DNA of 64,000 nucleotides from assembly GCA_918797485.1 (NCBI GenBank), contig CAKKNE010000003.1, forward strand, positions 4,216,001 to 4,280,000, given 5' to 3'. Positions 1-11,618 of the stretch are shown piece by piece (position 1 is the first letter of the stretch; each line of letters begins with the position of its first letter). The notes below the pieces were generated by a model that saw only the letters and a program-made list of their open reading frames with translations, was not told the origin of the DNA and made no database searches. The position numbers and the translations under genes are program-made. Source of the stretch: Pelagomonas calceolata (taxonomy: Eukaryota).

Positions 1-296
1 GCGTTCACGGCGCCTTTTGGTCGCCCGCGCGCGAACGCCTCAGTGCCTCGCACGTCGACAAAACTGTGGCGACTCTCCCAGCCCACCTCGTGGCACAGGT
101 CGTGGGCCACGTCCGGCGGCACAATAGCCGTCTTCGGCGCTTCCGCCGTGCTCTGTGGTGGGGGCCGATTTGCGGCGACGGCGGCGGCCGTCTTCTTTTT
201 GATGAGGTCCTCCAGGGATTTATCGTTGCTGAGGCGGCGGACGGCACGCGTGCAACGCGGCGTGCGCCGCGGCAGCGCCCGGAGCAGGCGGCGCAT
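1..296 (-). CDS. Rhodanese-domain protein, 5' part (runs off window), probable mitochondrial transit peptide
   Basis: Manual translation from ATG at 296 (not in the ORF track because it has no stop in the window): MRRLLRALPRRTPRCTRAVRRLSND...FVDVRGTEAFARGRPKGAVN, matching the rhodanese DVR..E...G...GA.N motif. Confidence 0.7.
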   Translation of the reverse strand, partial: MRRLLRALPRRTPRCTRAVRRLSNDKSLEDLIKKKTAAAVAANRPPPQSTAEAPKTAIVPPDVAHDLCHEVGWESRHSFVDVRGTEAFARGRPKGAVN

Positions 297-639
297 GATC
301 GAGCAGTCCCTCGCAGACTCACCGCGCTGCCTTTTAACGCTGTCGCGTAGTTCAACCGTTACAAATAGATGCGCCGACAACTTTTTAGGCCCTGGATCTG
401 CGCATTAGCCGAGTTATCGATGCAAAATTGGCTCGTAAAACCCGACACGCCAGCCGAGCAAAACGCGTCTGCGTCTCTGGCCCCAAGAGCGCGAGCAAAC
501 GCCTGGTCACACGATTGCGTCGGGTTTATTATTCTCACAGCGCACGCAGAGCAGTTGCTCGCCACAACTGGCCGGACAAGCCCAGGACAAGCCCAGTGAA
601 TTATTGCACCGAGCGCAGCTGCGCAGGGATCCGTAAATC

Positions 640-1035
640 ATGGCCGCCGCCGCCGCCCCGCCCGCCAACGACGAGGAGCAGCTCGGCTTCTTCGGCCGGT
701 TGGGCCGCATCGTGGCCCCCGTCGAGGCGCCGCTGCCGCCGCCCGTGCCGCCCTCACAATCTTTATTGGGCTCGCTCGCCCAGTACGTCGCACCCGACCC
801 CACGGCGGCCGCGGCGGCGGATGGTGAAGCCCGGGCCGACGAGGGCGTCGAGGAGTCCAAGTCGACCGAGCCGCCCGTCGGTCTGAGACTCGACAACTGC
901 ACCGTGTCGCGCGCCGCCGAGCGGTTGCTGATCGAGCTCGCGACGGACCTCGCCGCCGCGCCGGACGCGGACCCCGCCGAGCGCTGCCGCGCGTACCTGA
1001 ACAAACACTACCCGCCCGCCCCGTCCGCGTCGTAA
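640..1035 (+). CDS. Hypothetical protein (131 aa)
   Basis: ATG-initiated ORF with plausible composition, divergent from the rhodanese gene; no recognisable domain. Confidence 0.55.
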   Translation: MAAAAAPPANDEEQLGFFGRLGRIVAPVEAPLPPPVPPSQSLLGSLAQYVAPDPTAAAAADGEARADEGVEESKSTEPPVGLRLDNCTVSRAAERLLIELATDLAAAPDADPAERCRAYLNKHYPPAPSAS

Positions 1036-1122
1036 GCAAGATGACTGTGTAGCCCCGTGTTTATTGTTGCGGGGCTTGGACTCGTGGGCGGCCTCCGACG
1101 ATGAACGCAACCCACGTTCGCG

Positions 1123-1143
1123 CTAGCGCCTGTGAGACTCTAG
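1123..1143 (+). promoter_or_regulatory. CTAG-box copy
   Basis: CTAGCGCCTGTGAGACTCTAG, about 240 bp upstream of the PFK ATG. Confidence 0.6.
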
Positions 1144-1381
1144 CCCTGCCATGGCCCGCGGCCCACTCGCATTTTTTGCCGGGAGCCGCTGCGTACACAA
1201 GCTGGTTTGCACCAAGACTTGCCGGAAACCATCACTGCACAGCCCGGCGCTGCGCCGTACCTCAATCGCGCAGCGAGAGTAGCCACAGAGGCCAAACCCA
1301 GCAGGTGGCCTCCAGGAAAGAAACTGCAGCTAAGAGCAGTCACCGCACGCCGACGCAGCGGCAGAGGTGCACGAAAGAACC

Positions 1382-2900
1382 ATGCGCCGCGCCGCCCAAC
1401 TGCTACGGCGCACGGCGCCCTACGCTCTTACGGGCACGGCCGTCGCCGCCTGCGACGACGACAGATTCACAGTGGAGAAAGTGAATGTGATCAAAATTCC
1501 CCACCTGCGCGACCAGGGCTTTCCGGGAGCGAACAAGTCGAACGTGGCGGCCTTCGGGTACGCGAAATTTGTCTCCGATGAGGATTGCGTCCTCGGCGAC
1601 ATTGTGCTCAATGGACCCTCTCATACGACAAAGGCCTATACGAGAGCAGGACCGAGGGAGAAGCTCCACTTCGACCCGCAGGACACGAGGTGTGCTATCG
1701 TGACGTGCGGCGGGTTGTGTCCTGGGTTGAACACAGTAGTAAAAAATCTCGTGGAGATATTGGAGTCGAGATACGGCGTCGAGAAGATCTACGGCATCAA
1801 AGGTGGCTACCGCGGCTTCACGAGTGTCGGCTGGGACGCTCCCTTGGAACTCACGGCGGACTGCGTCAAGGATATACACAGGGAGGGCGGTACTCTGTTA
1901 GGTACTTCGAGGGGCGGCTTTGATGCGGAAAAAATTGTGGAGTGGCTGCGAGCGAAGCGCGTGAACCAGCTCTACGTCATCGGGGGCGACGGGACCCATA
2001 GAGGCGCCTACAAGCTCGCGGAGCTCTGCTGGGAGAAGGGCGTCGACGTCTCGGTGGCCGGTGTTCCAAAAACAATCGACAACGACATCGGTGCGTGACG
2101 CGGCGTCTGTCTTTCGCGTCGCGTCGACGGCGTCGCCGCGACCACGCGAACGCGCAGGCATCATCGACCGCTCCTTCGGCTTCATGACCGCGGTCTCCGA
2201 AGCTACAAGAGCGATCGAGGCCGCAAGGACCGAAGCCGAGAGCAACCGGCCGAACGGCATCGGAGTGGTCAAATTGATGGGGCGCAGTGCCGGCTTCCTG
2301 GCCGCCTTCGCGACGCTCGCGTCCCAAGACGTCGACCTATGCTTAGTTCCGGAAGTGCCTATAGTGTTGGAAGACGCCTTGCCTCACTTGGAGCGAGTGG
2401 TCGACAAGAAAGGTCACGCGGTTGTTGTGGTGGCGGAAGGGGCTGGGGAGGAACTACTGGGAGCGTCTGCGGAAGTCGACGCGGGCGGCAACAAAAAGTT
2501 ACCGCCCATCGGCGCCTGGCTCACGAAGCAGATCAAGAGCTACTTCAAAAGTACTAATAGGGAGGTTACGGTGAAGTACATCGATCCGAGCTACATGGTC
2601 CGGTCCGTTCCTGCCGATGCGGGTGATAGCTACTTATGCATGCTGCTGGCGCATGCCGCCGCCCACGGCGCGATGGCGGGCTACACGGGTTTTACGGTCG
2701 GGCTGGTCAAGAACAAGAGCGTGATGATCCCCATTCCCGAGCTGGCGCGGACGTCGCCGCGAAGCATGAACGCTAGAGGTAGGACCTGGGAAAGGGTGGT
2801 TGCGGTGACGAACCAGCCCTGTGCTGTTGCTCGCAAAGAGGTCTCTTGGGCTGAAAAACAGCACGCGCGCACGATGACGAACCAGGCGGCGGGGCCCTGA
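1382..2900 (+). CDS. PFK: ATP-dependent 6-phosphofructokinase (plant/protist type), 2 exons (1382-2090, 2158-2900)
   Basis: Motifs AIVTCGGLCPGLN, GGTLLGTSRGG, IGGDGT, PKTIDND, KLMGRSAGF, YIDPSYMVRS; GT-AG intron 2091-2157 restores DNDIGIIDRSFGF. Confidence 0.93.
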
Positions 2901-3005
2901 GCTCTCGCCTGCGTCGGAGGCGTCGGGCGGTCGCGGCGATGGCGTCTGGGGGGCTACGAGGCATGGGGCCCGGCTGCGGCCCCCCGTATACTAAGTATAT
3001 AACTG

Positions 3006-4070
3006 TTACAGGGGTGGTCGTCGTCGTCCCGCGTCGTCTTCATGGGATCGCGTCGCCTCGACGCCGTCGACGCGGCCGTCAGAGGGTCCACGCGTCGCGA
3101 CGGCGCGGGCGAGTCGCCGCAAGGCCAACGCCGCCTCGCCGAGGCCTTCACCACTCATTGTTGAAGCGACACTCACATTGTACTGGGAGAGAGCTCCCTC
3201 GAGCTCGGACAGTCTCTCAGGCGCCACGAGGTCGCTCTTCGACAGCAGGACGCGGAACGGCATGTCCAAGCCGAACCTCAAAAGTTCGCCCCGCACCGTC
3301 GCCAAATCGCCGACGGGATCGTCACATGACGCATCAACAACATGTAAGGCAGAAGCACACCTAGCCACGTGCCGCAAGAAGTCGTCGCCCAGCCCTTTCC
3401 CCGAAGCGGCGCCCTCCAACAATCCAGGCACGTCTAGCACGCGCACGACGTCAAGCTCCGATTCGTTCTCGAACTCCACCACACCTATCACGGGGTGCGT
3501 CGTCGTGAACGGGTAGGGCGCGACTTTTGGTTCTGCTCTCGATAAAGCTTTCAGTAGAGAACTCTTTCCGGCGTTTGGGCTGCCCACGAGCGCCACGTCG
3601 GCGGCGAGCGTCATCTCCAGGTCGACGACGACGTCTGAAGGTGCTGCGGACGCGGTCAGCCCGAAAGCGCCCTGTCCTCGGTAGACGCCGTTGCCCGGGC
3701 TTCCTCTCGTGCCGCGTGCTACAATAAGTTCTTCACCAGGACGGTGGAGGACCGTGCCGTTGACTGCTGTATGTGGAGGCACGTCCACGTACGTCGGAGG
3801 GCCGTCCCGGCCTCTTCTCATGGACGGCCCGCCGTTCGTGCCGTCCTCACCAACCGCGAAGCGTCTTGTGGAATCGAGCGCGTCTTTATGAGCTACCACG
3901 CGCACGATGACGTCGCCGCCCGTGCCGCCGGACCCGCCGGCCGGTTTGCGGCCTCTCGATCGGTTCGTCACGTCCCAGGCCACCGCGCCCCGGCCACCCC
4001 GTCCGCCCCTCGCTCTTAACCGTAAGCGGTCGCAGAAGGCCTTCGCGTCTATTGACAATCTACGGATCAT
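3006..4070 (-). CDS. Obg/CgtA-family GTPase (organellar, MTG2/GTPBP5-like)
   Basis: Gly-rich Obg N-domain (GGRGGRG, GGTGGDV), G1 GSPNAGKS, G2 YPFTT, G3 DVPG, GLGDDFLRH; start and 3' end uncertain. Confidence 0.88.
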   Translation of the reverse strand: MIRRLSIDAKAFCDRLRLRARGGRGGRGAVAWDVTNRSRGRKPAGGSGGTGGDVIVRVVAHKDALDSTRRFAVGEDGTNGGPSMRRGRDGPPTYVDVPPHTAVNGTVLHRPGEELIVARGTRGSPGNGVYRGQGAFGLTASAAPSDVVVDLEMTLAADVALVGSPNAGKSSLLKALSRAEPKVAPYPFTTTHPVIGVVEFENESELDVVRVLDVPGLLEGAASGKGLGDDFLRHVARCASALHVVDASCDDPVGDLATVRGELLRFGLDMPFRVLLSKSDLVAPERLSELEGALSQYNVSVASTMSGEGLGEAALALRRLARAVATRGPSDGRVDGVEATRSHEDDAGRRRPPL

Positions 4071-4346
4071 CGGAAGCGCTGCCTCGGCGTGCCCGCAAAG
4101 TAGGCGCGCGGCGACTGCACGCCGCGCGGCGTGAACGAGAACTGGCGTATCACTCTTCTTGGCGTGTCCGCAAAGGCCGGCTGCAGGGAGACGCAGAGCG
4201 CAATCAGCACACCTACCAGCACTACGACCACAAGCACCAAGCCAGCGCTGTAGACCACGGGGACCTCAAACATGAATCTCCATCGATCGTTCACTGGTCG
4301 ATTGCATTAATACAGGATGAAAAGCCACCGGCACCGGCACAGCCAG

Positions 4347-4367
4347 CTAGCGGTGGTAAGATACTAG
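4347..4367 (+). promoter_or_regulatory. CTAG-box copy
   Basis: CTAGCGGTGGTAAGATACTAG between the divergent Obg and ankyrin genes. Confidence 0.65.
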
Positions 4368-4450
4368 CATAGGCTTCGAGGCATGATACGGCGCCGGTAA
4401 TAGACGTAGGCGTCGGCGACTGGACGTATGAGATTCCGCATCAACAAAAA

Positions 4451-5221
4451 ATGAATAGCGACCTTCCAGAGGAGATTGCAGAGGCCGCGATGGATGGAGA
4501 GTTTCAATTAGTCAAAGCTTGGCTCGCGGGCGGCAGCGCGTCTGCACCGCGCTCGGTCAACTCTAGTGATGGTGCCGATTGGACGCTTCTTCATTGGACC
4601 GTGGTGGGCGACCTGACCCCGGAGCACGTCGAGTTTGCGCGCCACCTCATATCACAAGGCGCGCGGGTCAACGCTACGGCAGAAAGATTTGATGGATCGA
4701 CCGCGCTCCATTTTGCATGTGGTTTTATCAGGGGCGAAGCCACGGCAGCCATGGTTTCTATGCTCGTCGCCGCCGGTGCAACGGTAAGCACGCGGGATGA
4801 CGCGGGCCGCACACCACTCTTTTGTATTGATCGGATATCTGAGTCCACCATTGATGTAGTTACACCACTGCTCAGGGCGGGCGCGTCGCTGGATATTACG
4901 CACCGACATAGAGGGCCTCGGTCTTTCGAAGAGCACCTGAGATCTCACCTGAATAGCATTGACGGGGCCTATGCTGGAGACGTCAGAAATCTCGTCGCGA
5001 GCGTGCGCGCGGCCGGCAGCTGGAAAACCCATTGCAGATTGGCTCACAAAGAAGTCTTGCGGCTCCGCTCCCTCGTCGCGCGAGGTCGCGTCAAGCTTCC
5101 TCGCACGCGACGCCCGCGCGGCCGCGACGCACGGCAGGCGCGCGCCCTCGAGTTCGTCGTCCGCCAGGGGGACAACGGCATCGTCTGGAACATCCTTAGC
5201 TTCTGGCGCGAGACGGCCTAA
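4451..5221 (+). CDS. Ankyrin-repeat protein
   Basis: Ankyrin motifs WTLLHW, GSTALHFAC, LVAAGATV, GRTPLF, LLRAGASL. Confidence 0.85.
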   Translation: MNSDLPEEIAEAAMDGEFQLVKAWLAGGSASAPRSVNSSDGADWTLLHWTVVGDLTPEHVEFARHLISQGARVNATAERFDGSTALHFACGFIRGEATAAMVSMLVAAGATVSTRDDAGRTPLFCIDRISESTIDVVTPLLRAGASLDITHRHRGPRSFEEHLRSHLNSIDGAYAGDVRNLVASVRAAGSWKTHCRLAHKEVLRLRSLVARGRVKLPRTRRPRGRDARQARALEFVVRQGDNGIVWNILSFWRETA

Positions 5222-5388
5222 GACACATTGCCTAGCCACCACGCCGCCGCGGGGCCTGCTTGACACAACGCCCGTCCCGGCCCCCATACGCCGCCGCCCC
5301 GAGTGTTGCCTCGCAGGCGACGACGGCGAGGCGGCCCCGCGGGATAGCGACGGGAGAGGCCAAACAAAGGAAAACACAAGGAAGCTTA

Positions 5389-8300
5389 CTAGGAGTACTT
5401 GTCGACCATCTGCTGCAATTCATCTTTCGACTCCCCGGATTCTATGGTAATGTCGTCGCGCGCGTCGAGGATCTCTCTCAGTTTATTCCGTTGGGATGAC
5501 GGTAGCACGCCGTCGTCTAGGAGATGCGACGGGTCGTCGCGAGGGGTTCTACGTAGTGCTGTCTCGTAGTCTGGCAGGATAGCTTCCGCTCTTTCCAGCA
5601 TGCGATGCGCGAAGTTTCTACGTTCTTCGACTTTGGATCTAGCATATCTTCGGTGTAGATCACCGTATAGAGCAGCAGCCATCGCGTCCGAACCTAACAA
5701 TTGCAATAGCTCCGCCGTAGCAGCGAGTTGTTTATCCAAGTCTCGAGAGCGTTTTCCCTTGACTAAAGGTGGACCCAATACTCGCAGATGCGTCGCCAGC
5801 GACCTCTTGCGAAGGTACAGCGCGACGTGGGGCCTGCCCCTTTCGACCTCGACGTCCGCGAGAGCAACTAACGTTCTCGACACTTGGACTTCGAGGGCAT
5901 CTCGGGACCGTTTATGCCTAGGCTTGAAGAACTTTGCTCGCTGCTCCTCCGTCATGCGCAACTCCCTTTCGGACGGGCCCTCCAGGGCTCTTCTATTCTC
6001 CCTCCTGAAAACGCGTTTTTGTTTGGCCAGTAGTCGTCTTAACGTAACAGCCGCCTCGCCAAACTCCTTCCGTCGGCATTTATACTTCGCAAATTCCAGT
6101 TCCGGCGGGTCCGGCGGCAGGGCCTCGTCGCCCGCGAACTCGTTGTCGTCGTCCACAATACGACGTAATCGCTCCAAGTTCTCGCGCCACGCCTCCACAT
6201 CGATCCCGAAGTGCTCGTGGCCCCGCGCGTCCTCCCAGGGGTCGGCCAGGCCGTCCGGTGCTCTATACTTTGATTGATAGCCTCGCCTCCGTTGCTGTTG
6301 CATTTGTCTGCGAAACGCGTCGCGGTGGCGCCGCTCGCCCCGCCGTAACTCGACCTCCGTGTCTTCGCCGTACACGTCGTCCTCGTCGTCCGACGATAAG
6401 TCGTCGCGCGCGTCCCTCGCATCTCGGGCGTCGTCATCGCCGTCGAGGAAGCGCTGCAGGACGTCGTCCTCGAGCCGCGCCGCGTCGAACCACCGCTCCT
6501 TCGGTGTGGCTGGACTCGGACCCTCCGGCGTCTCCGGGCGTCGACGTCTGACAGGTGAGGGCAGGCGCGCGGGCGCCGGGGCTGCCGCAGGTGCCGGCGC
6601 GGGCGCGGGCGCCGGCGCTGGTGCGCACGCGGTGTCCTCATCACTCGACGAGTAGTCAGAAGACGAGGACTCCCTGATGACCAGGGACATGCCCTTGTAG
6701 CGCTGGGTGGAGTGCTCCCTGGCCTCCTTTAACTCGCCGCGGACCATGAAGCGCGTCGACGCGTCGCCGTACTTCGCGCGATAAGAGCCTTTGAGGTCGC
6801 CGAGCGGGTCGCGTAGCGACTGCAGGTACGCCATGGCCGCGTCGGCGGCGTCGCGCGCGTCGTCGCGGTCCTTCTGGCGCCGTTGCGCGGCCAGCTCCTG
6901 CTTCTCCACGAAATTGCTGCCCCGCCTCCGTCGCGACCGCGACACCGACCGTCGCGGTATCGTCTGCACCGGCTCCAATGATTCAAGAGACTGTCTTGTA
7001 GACTCAGAAACGTCGTCCATTTTATATACTCCTCTGTCAGGTAGATCCCCAGACCCAAGAAACGCTACTGGTATCTCTCTTGGTTTAAGCCTCCATCGCC
7101 AAGTAGTGTCGCCGTCGGCCCGCTCCGGGCTGTTCAACACATCATTGAGACTCATCTGACGGGGGTCCTTCGTATCAACGTCGACCTCGAGCAGGGCCTT
7201 CGTCACTTTTAGTGACTGTAGGTACTTCTTCGTGCGTCGGTAGGCGTCGAGGGCCTCGTAGGCGTCGATGGCGTTCGCCGGGCCCCGGTCGCGCGCCGCG
7301 AGCAATACGACGCCGATGTCGGTCGTAGGTCCACTGCCCCTTTTGAGGGCGAACCCTCCAGCGTTCGAACAGGCCACATCCCTTAAAGACGCGTCGGCGC
7401 CATGTCGTAACAACGCGAGGACGCAGTCGAGGTCCGTGACATCTGCCGCGGCCATCAGCGCCGTCCGCATGTTTTTATTTTGATAGTTCGGGTCGCAGCC
7501 GGCTAGGCATAGATTGTGGACCTGTGTGGAAATCAAAATTTTACGGCGCGTTCGTGCTGGATCGCCGCGTCGCCCTCCACGCCATCGACGCGACGCCTGC
7601 TCGATGGCGTGGCGATGCCGGTTCCTCGCCGCTCGACCGAGCCAGGACGGCCGCGTCATCGCCGAGAAATGACTTAGTGAAGAATCGTCGAGCACCCGAC
7701 GCACCGGTTGATTTCCACACAGTTGTGCACGAGCTTCGCGTCGCCCGCGTGGCAGGCCACAAATAAAGCTGTGGTCCCTGTTCGGGTTTCTTGGTCTGGC
7801 GCGCAATCTCCTCCTCGGATGACACTGAGAGATGTGTTTTTGTCCTCGATGACGCCCTGGCCCGTTTCTATGGCTCGCTCCAGTCGAGCGTACTGTAGTA
7901 GTGCTGCTCGTTCGAGGTCTTGGTCCTTTCTCGTCGAGACGACCTCGCGGCCCACTCGTCGCACTCGCCGCAGATAGTCTCCTAGTCTAGGCTGCTGCAT
8001 GTGGATCGCGAGTTCCGAAGGGGACACACCTCGCGCGTCGCCGACTTCGGTCCTTGCGCCTTTCTTCACGAGATGAACACAGGTCCGCAGGTCTCGCCGC
8101 GTCACCGCGAGATGAAGTGCCGTATAATTGTCCGGGCCGTAAGGTTGGTCGAGCAGTCGTTGCACCGTCTCGGGGCCGTGCTCCCGCTCCGTTTCTTCCA
8201 CCATTACATCTATACAGTGTAATTGTGCAGCAGAGGCAGCAGCCACCAGTGGTGGCAACACGACTCGTCGCGCCTCGTACTCCTCCTGCGTCTCGCGCTC

Positions 8301-10392
8301 GAAGAGCGGAACATAATCATCCTTCGTCTTCTGAAGACTCCCGCACTTCTTGTGGGCGAAGGGCATGAGCGCCGAAGCTCCCAAGTCGAGCAGGTGGTGC
8401 ACCATCACGGGATCTCCGCGCTTGCACGCCAACGCCAGCGCGGATAATCCAGTCGCGCGCGCCGGGTAATCCAAGTCAATGCCTTCCTTCTGCAGCGACG
8501 AACAGGCGTCTCGGTCCTGTTGCAAGACACAAGCTCCAAGCGCGGTGATCCCGCCAGCCGTCTCAGCGTTCGACGAAGGACCGCCTCCCCTACAGAGACA
8601 CACACAAGCTTCTAGGTCCCGGGCGATGATCGCGCGCTGCAACGACGCCGCCGCTTCTTTAAAAGCAGCTTTGGACACCAAATCGCGCCGCGACGCCTTC
8701 AACCTCGCTCGACGAGCGATCGAGTCCCGCGCCTCGTTCTTCTGGGAGTACTTCCGGTGCTCGACGGCGATCTGCTCGGACAGGACGTCGGCCCGCCGCG
8801 CTATCGCCAGGTTCGGTCCTTGTAATTGTTCGGAAAGAAACGGCGAGTCCTCGTCGACCTGCGTCGAACGACATTCACGAGGCGCGTAGACTCTCATACG
8901 GCCACCTCGATGGCGTCACGGTGGCATCGCGTCGCGTTGACGCCATCGACGCGAAGTTCAAGTTGAGAAATTGAAGGAAACGGACGCTGAGTCAGACGTA
9001 TTTCACGACGAGACCCGTCTCGACGGGCACGCCCATGCGCCGCGCGCCTCGTCTCGTTTCCGCGACACCTCTGTAAGTAGCTTCGTACTCTACCGATGCT
9101 CGACCAGGCAAGTCGTCGCCCGCGAGGAAGTGATAGTGATTGCGCCCGCCGTCGATTATATCTCGCCTTCTGTTACACTGGGGCACGTCGTACTTCTGGC
9201 AGGCTGCTCTCATCCTAAAAGCTCGTCCCGTCCAGCGCTTGTAGTGCTGGCGCAAATTAACAATGAGCTCCGCCTGCTCGTCGCGCGCGGCCCGGCACGC
9301 CTCGCGCTGCACACCTTGTAACTTCTCCAATTGATTCTCCAACCAAGTATGCGCGACGTGCTCCCGCACGAGGGCGCCATCATATGCGGCCGCCACGCCT
9401 TCGAAGGCGGCCGTTCTACCAGTTCTGTCATCAATGTCGCGATACGTCTGGAACCCGCCCAGCCCCGGCAGCCCGAAGTAGGACTGGAAGGCCGTGCCGC
9501 TGCCCACCTTCTCGTGGAAGCCATATTTACATCTAGGTGCAGCTAGCGCCGCGTCCAGCAGAGCGTGGGTCCGTTCTTCGTCTCGGAGCGTCCGGGGGTC
9601 GCTCAGCGCGTACTCCAGCGTGATGACTTCTCCGTCCGTCGTCGTGAAACAGAGCGACTCGTCGCAGCCTCTTCTGGAATTGCAGCGCGCGCAGATGGGA
9701 TGCCCTCCTATGGCCATGCGCGGGAACCCGGGCGGCGGCCGGCCCGGCAGCTTCGGGACCACGAGGTCCGGGTCGACCTTGTGGAGCTCCCGGATGAAGC
9801 GCACGCGCGCCTCGCTCCGGCCGAGACCCATTAACTCAAACCACGGCCGCCACAACAGTCGTCTCTTGAGGTCCGTCGGTTCCGGCTCGTCGCAGTCGCC
9901 GCGCGTGCCCTGGAGCCAGAGGGCCCGGATCCTGCCTACTTGATCTTCCGGTCTCTCGAGACACTCTCTCCAATTACGACCACAGGCTTCGAAGAGCGCG
10001 TCGCGCGTCTCCTGATCATTGAGCGCGGCGCCGATTTTGGGAGCGAGGCCGAACCGCAGCGTGCCGTCGAAGGCGGACCGCTGCATGTCTTTCTGCCGCT
10101 GGTCGGCGCACGTCCTTGCCGCTTCGGAGCGAGCGGTATACAACATCGCAAACACGGCCTCGGGCCCTCCATAACTTCGTGTAGCTTCCGTGCCGACCGC
10201 TATGGACTCGCCGTAGGGTACCAAAGCTGTTTCGTCCTCGTCTTCATTTACTGGAAAGGGCGGGCTCTTAGGTGTCCCGAACCGGCCGCCCGTTCCCGGC
10301 GTCTTCGCGCTCTTGAGCAGTAATTGCTCGTCGGGCTTCGACTTGGCGTCGGTGAAGGCGACGCCGGGCCGCGTCAAGACGACGGAGGGCAT
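5389..10392 (-). CDS. Large protein with acyl-CoA-binding-like domain, ankyrin repeats and C-terminal TPR-like helices; 3 exons (10392-8998, 8858-7731, 7521-5389)
   Basis: Three track ORFs join in frame across introns 8859-8997 and 7522-7730; ACB-like LWLQGTRGDC..P....RRLLW..W..LMGL..SEA..RFI; ankyrins GITALG, YTALHLAV, GTTALFVAC, RTALMAAA. Confidence 0.75.
7522..7730 (-). mobile_element. Introner family A intron (TIR element 7522-7722 plus 8-bp TSD)
   Basis: TIR CTGTGTGGAAATCAA...TTGATTTCCACACAG; TSD GTGCACAA/GTCCACAA; splicing gives KLVHNLCL. Confidence 0.9.
8859..8997 (-). mobile_element. Introner family B intron (TGACTCAG type)
   Basis: GTCTGACTCAGCGTCCGTTTCC...GAGAGTCTACGCGCC...GTCGTTCGACGCAG, similar to PRP8 introns 4, 5 and 7. 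Confidence 0.82.
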
Positions 10393-10596
10393 GGTGCGTG
10401 CGTCGCGGCGGCGGCGTTAGCGGATCGCGTCGGCGCTAGGCCATGATGTCTGATATATGGGGTGGCTGGTGGCGCGGGCGGCGCGGGGCAGCGCTGCGCC
10501 GCGGCGCACGACGAGTGGGCAGCGACCACAGCAGCTTCGCCGGGTGGCCAGCGGAGGGCTGGAGGCTGCCTCAAATCAGCTTGGCCGCTGCGCTTG

Positions 10597-10617
10597 CTAG
10601 TGTCTTACCCTCGCTAG
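10597..10617 (-). promoter_or_regulatory. CTAG-box copy
   Basis: Minus strand CTAGCGAGGGTAAGACACTAG, about 205 bp upstream of ATG 10392. Confidence 0.65.
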
Positions 10618-10938
10618 GTATGAACTCTTCACGGTCTCTTTTTTTGTCGGGTGAATAGGTCTCGCCGCGCCGACGGCGTTCTGTTATTAACAACTTATTT
10701 CCAGCGACGTGACCAATACTTTTTTTCGGCGCTCAGGACCGATTTGCTGCATGGGTAGAGCCAACTCCCAAAACACAACCAAAAAGCGTATGGGTACGAA
10801 TCCCGACGCCTGGAAAAGAGAGCGCCCGACGCGCCGCCAGCCGCCGCCGACACTCCCCGTCGACGTCCACGGCGTCCTCTTCGTTATAATCGCGGCCGTC
10901 TTCGTCGTCTACCCGCTCGCGCGGTGGGCGCTCGGACA

Positions 10939-11551
10939 ATGATGAGGTGGCTCCTCGCGACGCTCGCCCACGCCCAATTGGTAGTGGACTGGACGGCCAG
11001 GTCCACGTTCCAGAACGGCGCCGCCCTCAAAGCTAGATGCGCCCTCTACACGACCGTGACCTTCCACCGCACGTGAGACGTTTTGTGTGCTGCGCGAGCC
11101 GACGCAACACTTAGCGAGTGTCGCGGGCTACCACATGGGCCCCGACTCATCTAATCGATTGAGGCTGAACAACTGGATCCTCGACAAGTTTCAGAAGTAC
11201 GAAAGGGGCCAGTGGGACGGGCTCGGCGGGCACCTCTGGCCGCAGACGTATTTTACAAGGGACTGCGACGTCGTGCTGCGGTACGAGTCGCTCGCGTCGG
11301 ACTTGAATGCTCTCACGAGACGCGTCGGGTGCACGGTGCGGGCGCCTCGAGACTTCGTGAAGCCGCCCGGGTGGGGCTCGACGCGCGGCGATTTGGCGCC
11401 GTCGTTGAGCTACGAGGTCCTGGCCAAGGCCAAGGAACTCTACCGGGAGGACTACCTCCTCTACGAGCGGCTGCGGCGCATGGACGTCGGGGCCGGTGCG
11501 GGAATCATCGCGTCGACCCCCCACGCCGTCGCCGCGTTGTCTGGAACCTGA
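10939..11551 (+). pseudogene. Sulfotransferase (Sulfotransfer_2-like) fragment, apparently frameshifted or truncated
   Basis: ETFCVLREP...GHLWPQTYF...DVVLRYESL...LYREDY motifs; the upstream signal-peptide-like ORF at 10939 stops at about 11076 in another frame. Confidence 0.45.
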
Positions 11552-11618
11552 TGTACACACAGGTCGACACAATCGTGGGCGCGTCAGTCGTCGGCACGAT
11601 CTATAGTGATTAAATATT

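Noticed and set aside
2920..3110. Possible introner in the 3' end of the Obg gene (contains a GCGTCGACGGCGTC core)
   Set aside because: No acceptor followed by GY and no downstream exon that improves the protein could be found; left unresolved
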